Below the pieces are notes generated by a model that did not search any database, was not told where the DNA came from, and was given only the letters and a program-made list of their open reading frames with translations. From Patescibacteria group bacterium (GTDB lineage: Bacteria > Patescibacteriota > Minisyncoccia > Phycocordibacterales > Phycocordibacteraceae), in the NCBI GenBank assembly GCA_040388985.1, contig JAZKAU010000002.1, forward strand, positions 52,570-116,569: 64,000 nucleotides of DNA, given 5' to 3'. The position numbers and the translations under genes are program-made. Shown piece after piece: positions 1 to 8,058 of the stretch (position 1 is the first letter of the stretch; the number at the start of each line of letters is the position of its first letter).

Positions 1-265
1 CTGCTTTCTGCGCAGCGGCTACGTCAGGAGCGGTTTCTTGCACGGTGAAGGAGATGCGCGCGATATCCGGAACAGCAGCGCCCTTCCCTGTACCGTTTAC
101 AGTTATCGTATTGATCGGCGGATTGTCTCCCTTACCGAACGTACTCATGGCATCGAACGTCTTCACGAGAAGGAAGAGCGCAAGCACGGTGAGGGCTGCG
201 GCAGCAGCGAGGCGCACCGGGCGACTAGCGGCAACTATCGTATCTCTGGTTTCTGGGTTCATAAA
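1..265 (-). CDS. SIMPL/DUF541-like periplasmic protein, 5' part (gene continues beyond window start)
   Basis: Hand translation of minus strand gives MNPETRDTIVAASRPVRLAAAAALTVLALFLLV...ITVNGTGKGAAVPDIARISFTVQE, with N-terminal TM/signal and the ITVxGxG...VxPD pattern typical of SIMPL domain. Start ATG is rc of 263-265. Confidence 0.45.
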
Positions 266-319
266 ATGAATGTATTGGTTATATCTCCTACTGACGCTTA
301 TTTTACCATTTCCTTACGC

Positions 320-495
320 AAGCCTTCTGAAATTCCCCGACCTGCTGCGTTGTCGCTATCGTTCAATTCCTCACCGTACTTCAAGTACGACTCGGACTTT
401 CACCACAAGGGTACTTCTTATTTCCTACTTCCTTCGGTCGTGGAAATAAAGTCGCACTCTGCTCCGCCTTGCATCTCGGGTTTTTCAGGAGGCTC
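320..495. mobile_element. MITE-like repeat element copy A (plus orientation), ~175 bp with imperfect terminal inverted repeats
   Basis: 5' end ...GCCTTCTGAAATTCCCCGACCTGCTGCGTTGTCGC and 3' end CCGCCTTGCATCTCGGGTTTTTCAGGAGGCTC. The rc of the 3' end (GAGCCTCCTGAAAAACCCGAG) mirrors the 5' end. Homologous to copies at 44521-44643, 51625-51800 and 59184-59362. Confidence 0.5.
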
Positions 496-534
496 TTAAC
501 CTCCCTCACTGCTGCTATATACTATGTACGTCAT

Positions 535-1272
535 ATGAATCCGCTCCTCATACTCCTCGTGGCAGTCGCGGCGGCTATAGCGACCTTCCTGGGCGGCTCT
601 CTTGCGCTGCGGCTACGCGATAAGCTGCACCTCGTGCTCGGCTTCTCGGCAGGAGCCATTATCGCAGTGGCCTTCTTCGATCTCCTGCCCGAATCCCTTC
701 AGCTCGGTACTGCGTACCACAGCATAGCTACCCTTCTCACGTTTACCGCGCTCGGCTTCTTCCTCTATACCGTTCTTGACCGCTTCATCGTGCTTCATAC
801 GCACCATGATGATGGAGGCGTTCATGCGCACAACCAGCCGAAGCGTGCGATGGTTGGTGCGGGCTCCCTTTCAGGCCACAGTTTCCTCGACGGACTAGCT
901 ATCGGACTCGCCTTCCAAGCATCGGCTGCCGTGGGCGCTATCGTCGCTATAGCCGTACTTGTCCACGATTTTTCCGATGGCATCAATACCGTAAATCTCG
1001 TTCTGAAAAATGGTGGCTCGAGAGCCCTTGCCTTCCGCTGGCTCCTCGCCGACGCGCTCGCTCCGATACTCGGCGTACTCGCCACATTCTTCATACATGT
1101 AGGAGAAGGTGTGCTGTCACTCATCCTTGCCACCTTCGCCGGCTTCTTCCTCTACATCGGCGCCTCAGATCTCCTGCCTGAAAGTCACCACTCACATCCC
1201 AAGGCGCTTACTACTGTCCTCACTCTGTTGGGCGCGCTCGTACTCTACGGCGCGATACATATTGCCGGCTAA
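535..1272 (+). CDS. ZIP family metal (zinc) transporter, ZupT-like
   Basis: Multi-TM protein with HDFSDG and GLAIGLAFQ motifs typical of ZIP transporters. Start moved to ATG 535 (MNPLLILLVAVAAA) because the upstream part of the ORF overlaps the repeat element. Confidence 0.75.
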   Translation: MNPLLILLVAVAAAIATFLGGSLALRLRDKLHLVLGFSAGAIIAVAFFDLLPESLQLGTAYHSIATLLTFTALGFFLYTVLDRFIVLHTHHDDGGVHAHNQPKRAMVGAGSLSGHSFLDGLAIGLAFQASAAVGAIVAIAVLVHDFSDGINTVNLVLKNGGSRALAFRWLLADALAPILGVLATFFIHVGEGVLSLILATFAGFFLYIGASDLLPESHHSHPKALTTVLTLLGALVLYGAIHIAG

Positions 1273-2126
1273 GCGCTGAATAGCGCCGCCAGTTCCTTTT
1301 TCAGACGTACGGCGTCCGCGACTCCGTCGTCGAACGTCTCCCGAAGCTTCTTTCTGTCTCTGCTTGCCAGAGTCGTCGGCAGCTTTTTCCTGCTGACATA
1401 CAGCAGATCAACACCTGTCGGAACGATAAGCGAACGATCAGTCCATGTGTCTCTGACAAGTGCCTCTCTGAGACCTTTGGGGCACCAGAGCGCATAGAGC
1501 CGAACCAACAGGCGAATGAACATCGGCCTGGAAGAAGAGTTGTCTATGAAGAGTATCTTCGTCGCCCCCTTGCTGAGAGCGAAATCCACCTGACTCTGTA
1601 ATGACTCGCCCACAGTCCCATCAAGATACTTCCTCCCGAGAAGCGGAACGGTCTTTCCGTATAGCAACGGCAATGCCATGGTCGCGCGTAGAATTTCGAA
1701 CGGGTCAACATCATCTTTTCTCGAAATAAAGCGTATCGTTCCATCTTCAGCGTCAACGACTGAAATGTAATATTCAATGGGAGAATCCTGCAGGCTTGCG
1801 GTATCGAAAGGTGCCTGCTCCCTGAAGACCGTATCGATCAAGTAGTCGATGTCCATATCTCTCCTGAAGCGCAGATATGATATGAATTTCGGCGTGCAGA
1901 GTAACTCCGTCCATACCCGTAACGCTTCGTCGTACTGCTGCTGCTTGCGTGTCGCGTAGTAGAGCAAGTTCCCTGCATTTCCCGAGCTGCCCACCACCAT
2001 GTCAGGGGTAGTGATATTCAAATGCGTACCGAGCGCATACAAGAAACCCGCGCCATGCGCGCACCTCATTCCTCCTCCCGTACAGATGATGGCCGTCTTG
2101 TGTTCCAGATTCTCAAAGAGTACCAC
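1269..2126 (-). CDS. patatin-like phospholipase
   Basis: Oxyanion-hole CTGGGMRCAHGAGF (GGxR) and serine hydrolase GSSGNAG (GxSxG) motifs. Confidence 0.75.
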   Translation of the reverse strand: MVLFENLEHKTAIICTGGGMRCAHGAGFLYALGTHLNITTPDMVVGSSGNAGNLLYYATRKQQQYDEALRVWTELLCTPKFISYLRFRRDMDIDYLIDTVFREQAPFDTASLQDSPIEYYISVVDAEDGTIRFISRKDDVDPFEILRATMALPLLYGKTVPLLGRKYLDGTVGESLQSQVDFALSKGATKILFIDNSSSRPMFIRLLVRLYALWCPKGLREALVRDTWTDRSLIVPTGVDLLYVSRKKLPTTLASRDRKKLRETFDDGVADAVRLKKELAALFSA

Positions 2127-2145
2127 CTGCTACCGATAATCCGAC

Positions 2146-2814
2146 TTAATTCGACTGGAGCGTGCCGAGCATCGCCTCAAGCGCCTGATGCCCGGGAAGT
2201 GAACGGGTGTCGAGCTTCGCGTCTGTCCAATCTGCTACGTTATGCTCAAGTACTTCGAAGCGCAGTACGTCGTTCTCGCGCGGAAGATAGTAGAGACTAT
2301 GGACCTGCCCTTCGAAACGCTCCGCGACTATCGTCTGGAACGTCTTCCCGTTTATGATGACCGGCGTGAATGCGTCCATATTCTTCGGCTGCATGCCGGA
2401 TGACTCGTACATAGTCTCGGCGAGCATGACGTCATTCGCTCCCTTTCCGGCAGGTATAGGGTACCGGCGAACTACGATCGCATCTTTGGGCTCCGTCATC
2501 ATCGATTTCTCGTAGCTCGCTACGAGCGAATCGCCGGAGGTACTAGCGCTCGCATTTTTCGCGTAGCCTGTCGGGAGCGCGAAGAAGATACCGATCTGCG
2601 GAAGCTCTACGCTTGGAAGCGGGCACGCAGCAAAGGCGCACGACGGGCCGGTGCGTCCGACTGAAGAGCCATCCGGACACACCTTCGCTTCTGCAGTACA
2701 GGCCATAGCCTGTGAATTGGTGCCGCGCGTCGGCGCCTCGAGCGTATTGCGGTACAGGAATCCCGCGATGCCGATAATGAGTAGAAGAACGGCGAGACCA
2801 GCGAGTTGTTTCAT
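2146..2814 (-). CDS. hypothetical exported protein
   Basis: ORF with N-terminal hydrophobic helix MKQLAGLAVLLLIIGIAGFL. Start trimmed to ATG at 2814 to avoid overlap with mscL. Confidence 0.45.
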   Translation of the reverse strand: MKQLAGLAVLLLIIGIAGFLYRNTLEAPTRGTNSQAMACTAEAKVCPDGSSVGRTGPSCAFAACPLPSVELPQIGIFFALPTGYAKNASASTSGDSLVASYEKSMMTEPKDAIVVRRYPIPAGKGANDVMLAETMYESSGMQPKNMDAFTPVIINGKTFQTIVAERFEGQVHSLYYLPRENDVLRFEVLEHNVADWTDAKLDTRSLPGHQALEAMLGTLQSN

Positions 2815-2824
2815 AGAAGTAAGC

Positions 2825-3220
2825 TTATTTCTTAAGAGAGTCGCGGATCTCCTCAAGCACGATGAGTTCGGCGCTCTTATTTGCCTGCGGCGTTATTCCC
2901 TCCTCCTGCTCCTTGCGGGCAACTTTCTCGAGCCTGTTGATAAACCGGATGACCAGGAAGAGCACGAAGGCGATGATGACGAAGTCGATGACCGATTGGA
3001 TAAAGAGGCCGTATTGGATGTTCACGCTGCCGCCCAGATTAAGCGCCCAATCCTTGAAGTCGATACGGCCGAGTAAGAGGCCGATAGGCGGCGTAATCAC
3101 GTTGGTCACGAGCGATGTCGTGATATTGCTGAAGGCCGTACCGATCACGACGCCCACCGCAAGATCAAGCACGTTTCCGCGTAGCGCGAACTTCTTGAAT
3201 TCTTCGAGGAAGGATTTCAT
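2825..3220 (-). CDS. mscL: large-conductance mechanosensitive channel MscL
   Basis: 131 aa. MKSFLEEFKKFALRGNVLDLAVGVVIGTAFSNI is the canonical MscL N-terminus, with two TM helices. Confidence 0.9.
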   Translation of the reverse strand: MKSFLEEFKKFALRGNVLDLAVGVVIGTAFSNITTSLVTNVITPPIGLLLGRIDFKDWALNLGGSVNIQYGLFIQSVIDFVIIAFVLFLVIRFINRLEKVARKEQEEGITPQANKSAELIVLEEIRDSLKK

Positions 3221-3318
3221 ATCTTATGTATACACCGATGGTTCGGTAAAACAAAAAGGCCCCGCATACGCTACGCGCGGGAGCCTTTCCGATTCCTGTC
3301 TGCATTCCTTCCGCACCA

Positions 3319-4011
3319 TCACCTCCGGAACGTCAGGACCAAGCCGCCGAGAACTCCGGCCTTCCGTTCGTCGAGGTGATTGAGCGGGATCAGTACTTCG
3401 AATCCGGGCGTGATCGACATTCCCTTCGGGAGCCAGGACGGACTGAGCGTGGCCGACAAAGCTGCGGGGAGGTGCAGCCAGTCCTTGCGACGGTTATAGG
3501 CAAGCTCAGCCGAGAGACGTATCGGCACGCCGTGAACCGATTGCGCGTACGCGCCGCTCAGCCGGAAGATCTGCGTGTCGAGCTTGCCGAAGGTCGCGAG
3601 TTCCTCGAACCGGAAACCGAAATCGAGCGTCTTCCCCGTTCCCAGTCGCTGCGTCCCGCCGATGTCGACGGCGAAGTCGACTGCATCGTTCTTCGGAAGG
3701 AACCAATAGGTGACTTCCGCCCGGCACTTGAGCGTGCCGAAGCAACGCTTCACGATGCCGGGTCCTATGTCGAGTTCAGCATCGTTCGTATCCTTGCCGA
3801 CGGTCGAGAAGAGTCGGATATACGGTCCTGCCTTCTCGGTGACTTGGCCGGTCATGACGAGGACCGGATTCTCGGAGACGACCTTACCGCCGCCCGGACG
3901 GATATTCTCCGACTTCACTCCTGCGCTTACGACCGTAGTCGTCTGCGCCGCTACTGGTATGGCGATTATGGTGAAAGGTGCTGCGAACAGCACGAAAGAA
4001 CGAAAAGACAT
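3319..4011 (-). CDS. hypothetical secreted protein, possibly beta-barrel (MipA/OmpW-like pattern)
   Basis: Signal peptide MSFRSFVLFAAPFTIIAIPVAAQ. Alternating hydrophobic strands (VTYWFLP, LDFGFRFEEL, IRLSAELAYN). No confident family. Confidence 0.45.
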   Translation of the reverse strand: MSFRSFVLFAAPFTIIAIPVAAQTTTVVSAGVKSENIRPGGGKVVSENPVLVMTGQVTEKAGPYIRLFSTVGKDTNDAELDIGPGIVKRCFGTLKCRAEVTYWFLPKNDAVDFAVDIGGTQRLGTGKTLDFGFRFEELATFGKLDTQIFRLSGAYAQSVHGVPIRLSAELAYNRRKDWLHLPAALSATLSPSWLPKGMSITPGFEVLIPLNHLDERKAGVLGGLVLTFRR

Positions 4012-4038
4012 CGTTACATCTCCTTGAGGAAACCAGAT

Positions 4039-4067
4039 TTGACAGTATCAGTACTTTGTTTTAATGT
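4039..4067 (+). promoter_or_regulatory. candidate sigma70-type promoter for TrmB-like gene at 4110
   Basis: TTGACA (4039-4044), 17-bp spacer, TAATGT (4062-4067). Followed by operator-like inverted repeat TGTCGTCGAAAACCGACAAAT (4073-4093). Confidence 0.35.
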
Positions 4068-4109
4068 AAATCTGTCGTCGAAAACCGACAAATCTGTTAC
4101 TATCACCCC

Positions 4110-4916
4110 ATGCTAAGCGACCTATTCAAAGAACTGGGGCTTTCCGAAAGTGCTCACCGCATATATCTCTGGCTGCTTGAAAATGGCACGTCCACGGCTC
4201 GCACGCTTGCCGAGAACCTTGGTCTTCCCCGCCCTTCCGTATATGACCATCTGAACGCGCTCATCCAGAAGGGTCTCGTGCTCGAGCGCGAGGAAGGCCA
4301 TACGAAAACGTTCCAGATAGACGACGTGAAGAATCTTCCGCGACTTCTCGAGGAACGCATGGACGCACTTAGCGAAGAGAAAGCTGCGCTCGAGGTCCTC
4401 CTCCCGCAACTGCAGAAGCAGACCGCATCGGTCGAACCGAAGATACGCTTCTTTTCCGGAGCAGAAGGCGTACGCCAGGTGCTGAATGACATCATGTGGT
4501 ACGAGAATATCGAGACGATGAGCATGTGGCCCATTCGTGAGATGGTCGATCTCCTTGGAAAGGAGTATTTCGAAAAATTAAATCGCAAGCGCATCCCGCG
4601 CGGCATCTTCATACGAGCCGTCTGGCCGGAGAACAAGCGTGTTCCCTTCAAGGACTATCCGTTTCTGGGCACCGGAACCGGCCACTTGCGTGATCTTCGC
4701 ATCGGCCCTAAGGGTATGAGCTTTGATATGGGGTACTGGATATACGCCGACAAGGTCGCCTTCCTGTCGTCGCGCAAAGAGACATTCGGCTTCACTATTC
4801 ATAGCAAGGACTTCGCGGTGATGCTGAAGTCGCAATTCGAGGTCGTATGGGCTGCGTCAAAGCCGGTTAAGCCTGAGCCGCAGCATACCGACGCCTTTCT
4901 CGAGACGGTCAGATAG
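4110..4916 (+). CDS. TrmB-family HTH transcriptional regulator (paralog 1 of 9)
   Basis: N-terminal LGLSESAHRIYLWLLENGTSTARTLAENLGLPRPSVYDHLNALIQKGLV is a TrmB-type winged HTH. C-terminal domain is shared with 8 other ORFs in the window (e.g. conserved ...FEVVWAAS tail). Confidence 0.7.
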   Translation: MLSDLFKELGLSESAHRIYLWLLENGTSTARTLAENLGLPRPSVYDHLNALIQKGLVLEREEGHTKTFQIDDVKNLPRLLEERMDALSEEKAALEVLLPQLQKQTASVEPKIRFFSGAEGVRQVLNDIMWYENIETMSMWPIREMVDLLGKEYFEKLNRKRIPRGIFIRAVWPENKRVPFKDYPFLGTGTGHLRDLRIGPKGMSFDMGYWIYADKVAFLSSRKETFGFTIHSKDFAVMLKSQFEVVWAASKPVKPEPQHTDAFLETVR

Positions 4917-4924
4917 ATTTATCT

Positions 4925-4999
4925 TGGGGCGGCTAGAGAGAATCGAACTCTCGATGCGAGTACCACAAACTCGAGTTTTACCACTAAACTATAGCCGCC
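4925..4999 (-). tRNA. tRNA-His (GTG)
   Basis: Hand-folded cloverleaf. G-1 then acceptor GCGGCTA/TAGCCGC, anticodon stem CGAGT/ACTCG, loop TTGTGGT (anticodon GTG), T-arm GAGAG-TTCGATT-CTCTC, discriminator C, encoded CCA. Confidence 0.85.
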
Positions 5000-5478
5000 A
5001 TGAATGTTTTCCGCTCGCCCTCGTAATGGTGTACCAGAAAATGGCAGTTATGACAAAGCCACGCCAGATTTTCAAGCTTATTATTCTTACGATTCTTGTC
5101 GATATGATGCACCGCGAGTATGCGTTTATCTATAGTTTTACAAAGTCCACACACTTGAGGGAGGTTTGCTCGATTCATGACAGCACGATAGCTACTTTGT
5201 CCGGTCGTAAAATTTTTGTGCCTTTCTGCGACGTATAGTTGGTTTCTCCAACATGTCTGGCAGCTCTTGCTGCAGAAGAACTTCCCGCTCTTGGAACGTC
5301 TAAGATCCTTATTTTGCTTATATGAAATCCTCCCGCATATATCACAGGGCATATTCTTTCCCGTGGGTCTTGCTGTCTTATAACAGGCTACGCTGCAATA
5401 CTTTCCGTTACCCTGCTTAAGTGCAGAAGGCTTGCTGTAAAAGCTAGTCGTGCACACATTACAGGGAACGATCGGCAT
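4984..5478 (-). CDS. HNH endonuclease with N-terminal Cys-rich zinc-ribbon repeats
   Basis: Several CxxC pairs (CNVC, CSVAC, CDIC, CSKSC) then HNH motif HHIDKNRKNNKLENLAWLCHNCH. Last 5 codons (MAAIV-stop) overlap the 5' end of tRNA-His. Confidence 0.8.
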   Translation of the reverse strand: MPIVPCNVCTTSFYSKPSALKQGNGKYCSVACYKTARPTGKNMPCDICGRISYKQNKDLRRSKSGKFFCSKSCQTCWRNQLYVAERHKNFTTGQSSYRAVMNRANLPQVCGLCKTIDKRILAVHHIDKNRKNNKLENLAWLCHNCHFLVHHYEGERKTFMAAIV

Positions 5479-5589
5479 GCAAACAGTATGTCTTTCTTCT
5501 TCGAGTCTTGTGGAGTAAACCGACTGTGGATATATCCAGAATCCTTTATCTTTTCTTCATTTTACCTGGGTGACTCATATTCGACTCCT

Positions 5590-5700
5590 CTCCTGGGCTA
5601 CACCGAGGGCTTTCTCCTTACAGGAGCTGTATACCTTTGGGGTTTTCTCACCGAATAGAAATTCGGCTCATAAACATCGCAAAGGTCTTCAAGTCCTCTC
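5590..5700. repeat. R-element copy 1: ~110-bp repeat containing antisense pseudo-tRNA-Leu 3' fragment
   Basis: ~90% identical to 7770-7880. Plus strand carries CGCAAAGGTCTTCAAGTCCTCTCCCGTGCTACC, resembling the 3' half of tRNA-Leu (GCAAGGCGTGGAGGTTCAAGTCCTCTCCTGGGCACC) but on the opposite strand to the adjacent real tRNA. Contains hairpins CTCCTTACAGGAG and CCGAATAGAAATTCGG. Confidence 0.5.
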
Positions 5701-5718
5701 CCGTGCTACCAAGCGATA

Positions 5719-5746
5719 CGACCCCGATGCTTTCGCATCGGGGTCG
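5719..5746 (-). terminator. hairpin 3' of tRNA-Leu(GAG)
   Basis: CGACCCCGATGC-TTTC-GCATCGGGGTCG is a 12-bp stem immediately downstream of the tRNA 3' end. Weak U-tract. Confidence 0.4.
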
Positions 5747-5753
5747 TTCGCCT

Positions 5754-5838
5754 TGGTGCCCAGGAGAGGACTTGAACCTCCACGCCTTGCGGCACATCCA
5801 CCTCAAGGATGCTTGTCTACCAATTTCAACACCTGGGC
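5754..5838 (-). tRNA. tRNA-Leu (GAG)
   Basis: Type II tRNA. Acceptor GCCCAGG/CCTGGGC, anticodon stem CATCC/GGATG, loop TTGAGGT (GAG), long variable arm, T-arm GGAGG-TTCAAGT-CCTCT, encoded CCA. Confidence 0.85.
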
Positions 5839-5939
5839 CTGGTGTGCTCGTGCAGAGACTTGCCCACTATACGAAAGATATAGCTAAAAAGAAAGAGCCG
5901 CCCATAGGGCGGCTCTTTCTTTTTTCAAAATCTCTATCC

Positions 5940-6509
5940 TTAGCCTTCTTTCTCTTCGGTCGGAACTTCTTCAGGAGCGGGAGCAGCAGGTGCGGGTTCG
6001 TCGACTACGGAAGCTTCCGGAGCGCCAGCGACTTCTTCTGCAGGAGTCATATCGGTTCCGTCAGGATTCTGCGCAGGATCGACTGCCTGTACGTCTTCGA
6101 CGCTTACTTCAGGAGCCTCAACTATCTCCGCCTCTTTGAAGTCATCGGTGGAGATCTTCACGAGACGCATGTTGCGAAGCTGGCGACGTACCTCACGGGC
6201 CACCTTCTCGCGGATGAAGTAGAGCTTCGCGCGACGGACCTTCGAGCGGCGAGTGATCTCGATCTTCTCGATGAATGGCGCATACAGCGGGAAAATACGC
6301 TCGACGCCGATGCCTGACATAGTGGCGCGTACGGTGAAGGTCGCTCCGGCTTCGGTGCCGTGCTTTACCGCAAGCACGAGGCCCTCGAAATTCTGGATAC
6401 GAGTCTTTCCTTTCTCGACGATCTTCTGGTGGACACGTACGGTGTCGCCTGGGCGGATGCCAAGCTTCGAGCGCTCCTCCGTCTTAACCGGGGTGATTAC
6501 TGAATGCAT
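5940..6509 (-). CDS. rplS: 50S ribosomal protein L19 with acidic C-terminal extension
   Basis: [48 protein letters not shown]... is the classic L19. C-terminal ~70 aa is an acidic/Pro-rich tail. Start set to ATG (rc of 6507-6509). Confidence 0.85.
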   Translation of the reverse strand: MHSVITPVKTEERSKLGIRPGDTVRVHQKIVEKGKTRIQNFEGLVLAVKHGTEAGATFTVRATMSGIGVERIFPLYAPFIEKIEITRRSKVRRAKLYFIREKVAREVRRQLRNMRLVKISTDDFKEAEIVEAPEVSVEDVQAVDPAQNPDGTDMTPAEEVAGAPEASVVDEPAPAAPAPEEVPTEEKEG

Positions 6510-6559
6510 AGTGGTGAAAACTGTACCATGGCGTACTGTACGAAGCAAATATAAGGATG

Positions 6560-7297
6560 TTAGGCCTTCTGCAGGCCAGCGGTTTCGGGAAACTTCGCGA
6601 TGGCAGAGGACCATTCAGCGGGTATGGGGGCTATGACGACCTTGGTGCCTCCTGACAGGAGCGAGAACTCCAGCTGATAGGCATGGAGGCCGAGGCGCTT
6701 AAGACCCAGGTCGCAGGGGTGATTAGGCGCGTAGAGCGCATCGCAGACGATGGGGTGATGGATGGCCTTGAGGTGTACGCGTATCTGATGGGTGCGTCCG
6801 GTTTCTGGCATGAGCTTCACGAGCGAGTGCGTACCGATGTCGCTCACGACCTCGTATCGAGTGATAGCCTCGCGCATCTGTCCCTTGGCTTTAGGCTGCG
6901 CGGAGCGCAGCCTAAAATCCTTCCGTGAGCGTCCGATGGCGAAGTCGATCACTCCTTTAGGTTCTTTCAGTACGCCGTATACGAAGGCGATGTAGGTCTT
7001 GCGTACCTCGTGTTCCTGGAAGGCCTTCTTGAGGAAGGCGTGCGCCTCTGGCGTCTTCGCAAGCACGAGGACGCCTGATGTATCGCGATCAAGCCTGTGC
7101 ACGATGCCCGAGCGGGTGATCTCCGTTCCGTCAGTAAGTCGTTGCGTTTCGCCTACTTCTCGGGAATCAGGGTAGCGCGCGGCGAACCAGTCGCTGACCG
7201 TCTCATCCTTAGTGTGGCCGTCCGGATGCGTCATCACGCCTGCCGGCTTGTTTATGGCGACCATATCGTCGTCTTCGTAGAGGATGGGGATGTCCAT
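6560..7297 (-). CDS. RluA-family pseudouridine synthase
   Basis: [14 protein letters not shown] and catalytic [16 protein letters not shown] motifs. Confidence 0.85.
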   Translation of the reverse strand: MDIPILYEDDDMVAINKPAGVMTHPDGHTKDETVSDWFAARYPDSREVGETQRLTDGTEITRSGIVHRLDRDTSGVLVLAKTPEAHAFLKKAFQEHEVRKTYIAFVYGVLKEPKGVIDFAIGRSRKDFRLRSAQPKAKGQMREAITRYEVVSDIGTHSLVKLMPETGRTHQIRVHLKAIHHPIVCDALYAPNHPCDLGLKRLGLHAYQLEFSLLSGGTKVVIAPIPAEWSSAIAKFPETAGLQKA

Positions 7298-7394
7298 TAC
7301 CTACAGCCTAGCGCGCATGGAGCCCGGCCGCTAGCGGCCGGGCTCCTCCTTCAAAGATTTTGTGAAATGCGGTATGGTTGGAAAGTCCGATAAC

Positions 7395-7468
<74 letters not shown>

Positions 7469-7472
7469 CTAA

Positions 7473-7512
7473 AGTAAAACGAGCCGGATTCCTTCCGGCT
7501 CGTTTTACTTTG
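7473..7512 (+). terminator. rho-independent terminator after tRNA-Val
   Basis: AGTAAAACGAGCCGGA-loop-TCCGGCTCGTTTTACT followed by TTTG. Confidence 0.6.
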
Positions 7513-7559
7513 TATGGATAGAGACGGAGGATTCGAAAGCCGCAGGCGCGCGACCAGAA

Positions 7560-7720
7560 TTTCTTGAGCGAAGCGATTAGAAATTCGAAGTGCCCTTGTG
7601 GTGAAGCCCTTTCGAGTCCGCGAGGGCTGTTGCCGACGCGGGCGTAGATTTTGTTACGAGCTTGCGAGTTAGAAAATCAAGTGCAGAGCTTCGAGAGTGC
7701 GTGACAGAATCCGAATACTT
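7560..7720. repeat. degenerate tandem repeat related to the internal segment of MITE copies B/C
   Basis: GAATTTCTTGAGCGAAGCGATTAGAAATTCGAAGTGCCC and GATTTTGTTACGAGCTTGCGAGTTAGAAAATCAAGTGCAG resemble TAATTTCTTACGAGTAATCGAGTTAGAAATTAGGAAGTGCCC of copy B. No TIRs. Confidence 0.3.
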
Positions 7721-7769
7721 GGAGGAGTATGTCCGCAACTCGTGACCGAATCCGACTCCTTCATTTGTG

Positions 7770-7880
7770 CCCGGGAGGACTTTCTCCTTACAGGAGCTGT
7801 ACACCTTTGCGGTTTTCTCGCCGAATAGGAATTCGGCTCACAAACATCGCAAAGGTCTTCAAGTCCTCTCTCGCAAAGCG
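7770..7880. repeat. R-element copy 2 (antisense pseudo-tRNA-Leu 3' fragment repeat)
   Basis: CTTTCTCCTTACAGGAGCTGTACACCTTTGCGGTTTTCTCGCCGAATAGGAATTCGGCTCACAAACATCGCAAAGGTCTTCAAGTCCTCTC is ~90% identical to 5590-5700. Confidence 0.5.
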
Positions 7881-7895
7881 CGCAGGCGCTTCACT

Positions 7896-7945
7896 CCGGG
7901 CACAAATGAAAAAGCGCTTGTGAGCGCTTTTTCATTTGTGCCCGG
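7896..7945 (-). terminator. 22-bp perfect inverted repeat / terminator overlapping 3' end of tRNA-Leu(CAG)
   Basis: CCGGGCACAAATGAAAAAGCGC-TTGTGA-GCGCTTTTTCATTTGTGCCCGG. Core GCGC...GCGC hairpin plus U-run downstream of the tRNA on the minus strand. Confidence 0.5.
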
Positions 7946-8022
7946 GAGAGGACTTGAACCTCCACGCCCTTGCGAGCTCTACGACCTGAACGTAGCGTGT
8001 CTACCAATTTCACCACCCGGGC
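7939..8022 (-). tRNA. tRNA-Leu (CAG)
   Basis: Type II tRNA. Acceptor GCCCGGG/CCCGGGC, anticodon stem CTACG/CGTAG, loop TTCAGGT (CAG), T-arm GGAGG-TTCAAGT-CCTCT. CCA not encoded. Confidence 0.85.
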
Positions 8023-8058
8023 CTGCGGTGCACTATACCAGATACGTTGCGCGAAACG

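Noticed and set aside
38-499. Two overlapping plus-strand ORFs (153 and 74 aa) at the window start
   Set aside because: They overlap the better-supported minus-strand SIMPL-like gene (1-265) and the MITE-like repeat (320-495). Their translations are low-complexity and typical of GC-rich antisense frames.
1269-2126. Patatin-like phospholipase as a possible CBASS effector or other defence module
   Set aside because: No cyclic-nucleotide synthase (CD-NTase), E1/E2/JAB or other CBASS partner genes nearby. Flanked by ZIP transporter, mscL and hypothetical exported proteins. Treated as a stand-alone lipase.
5590-5700. R-element as a genuine plus-strand tRNA gene
   Set aside because: It contains only a T-arm or acceptor-like fragment. 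The presumptive T-stem (AGGTC/CCTCT) does not pair, and no D-arm or anticodon arm can be folded. Called a pseudo-tRNA fragment or repeat.
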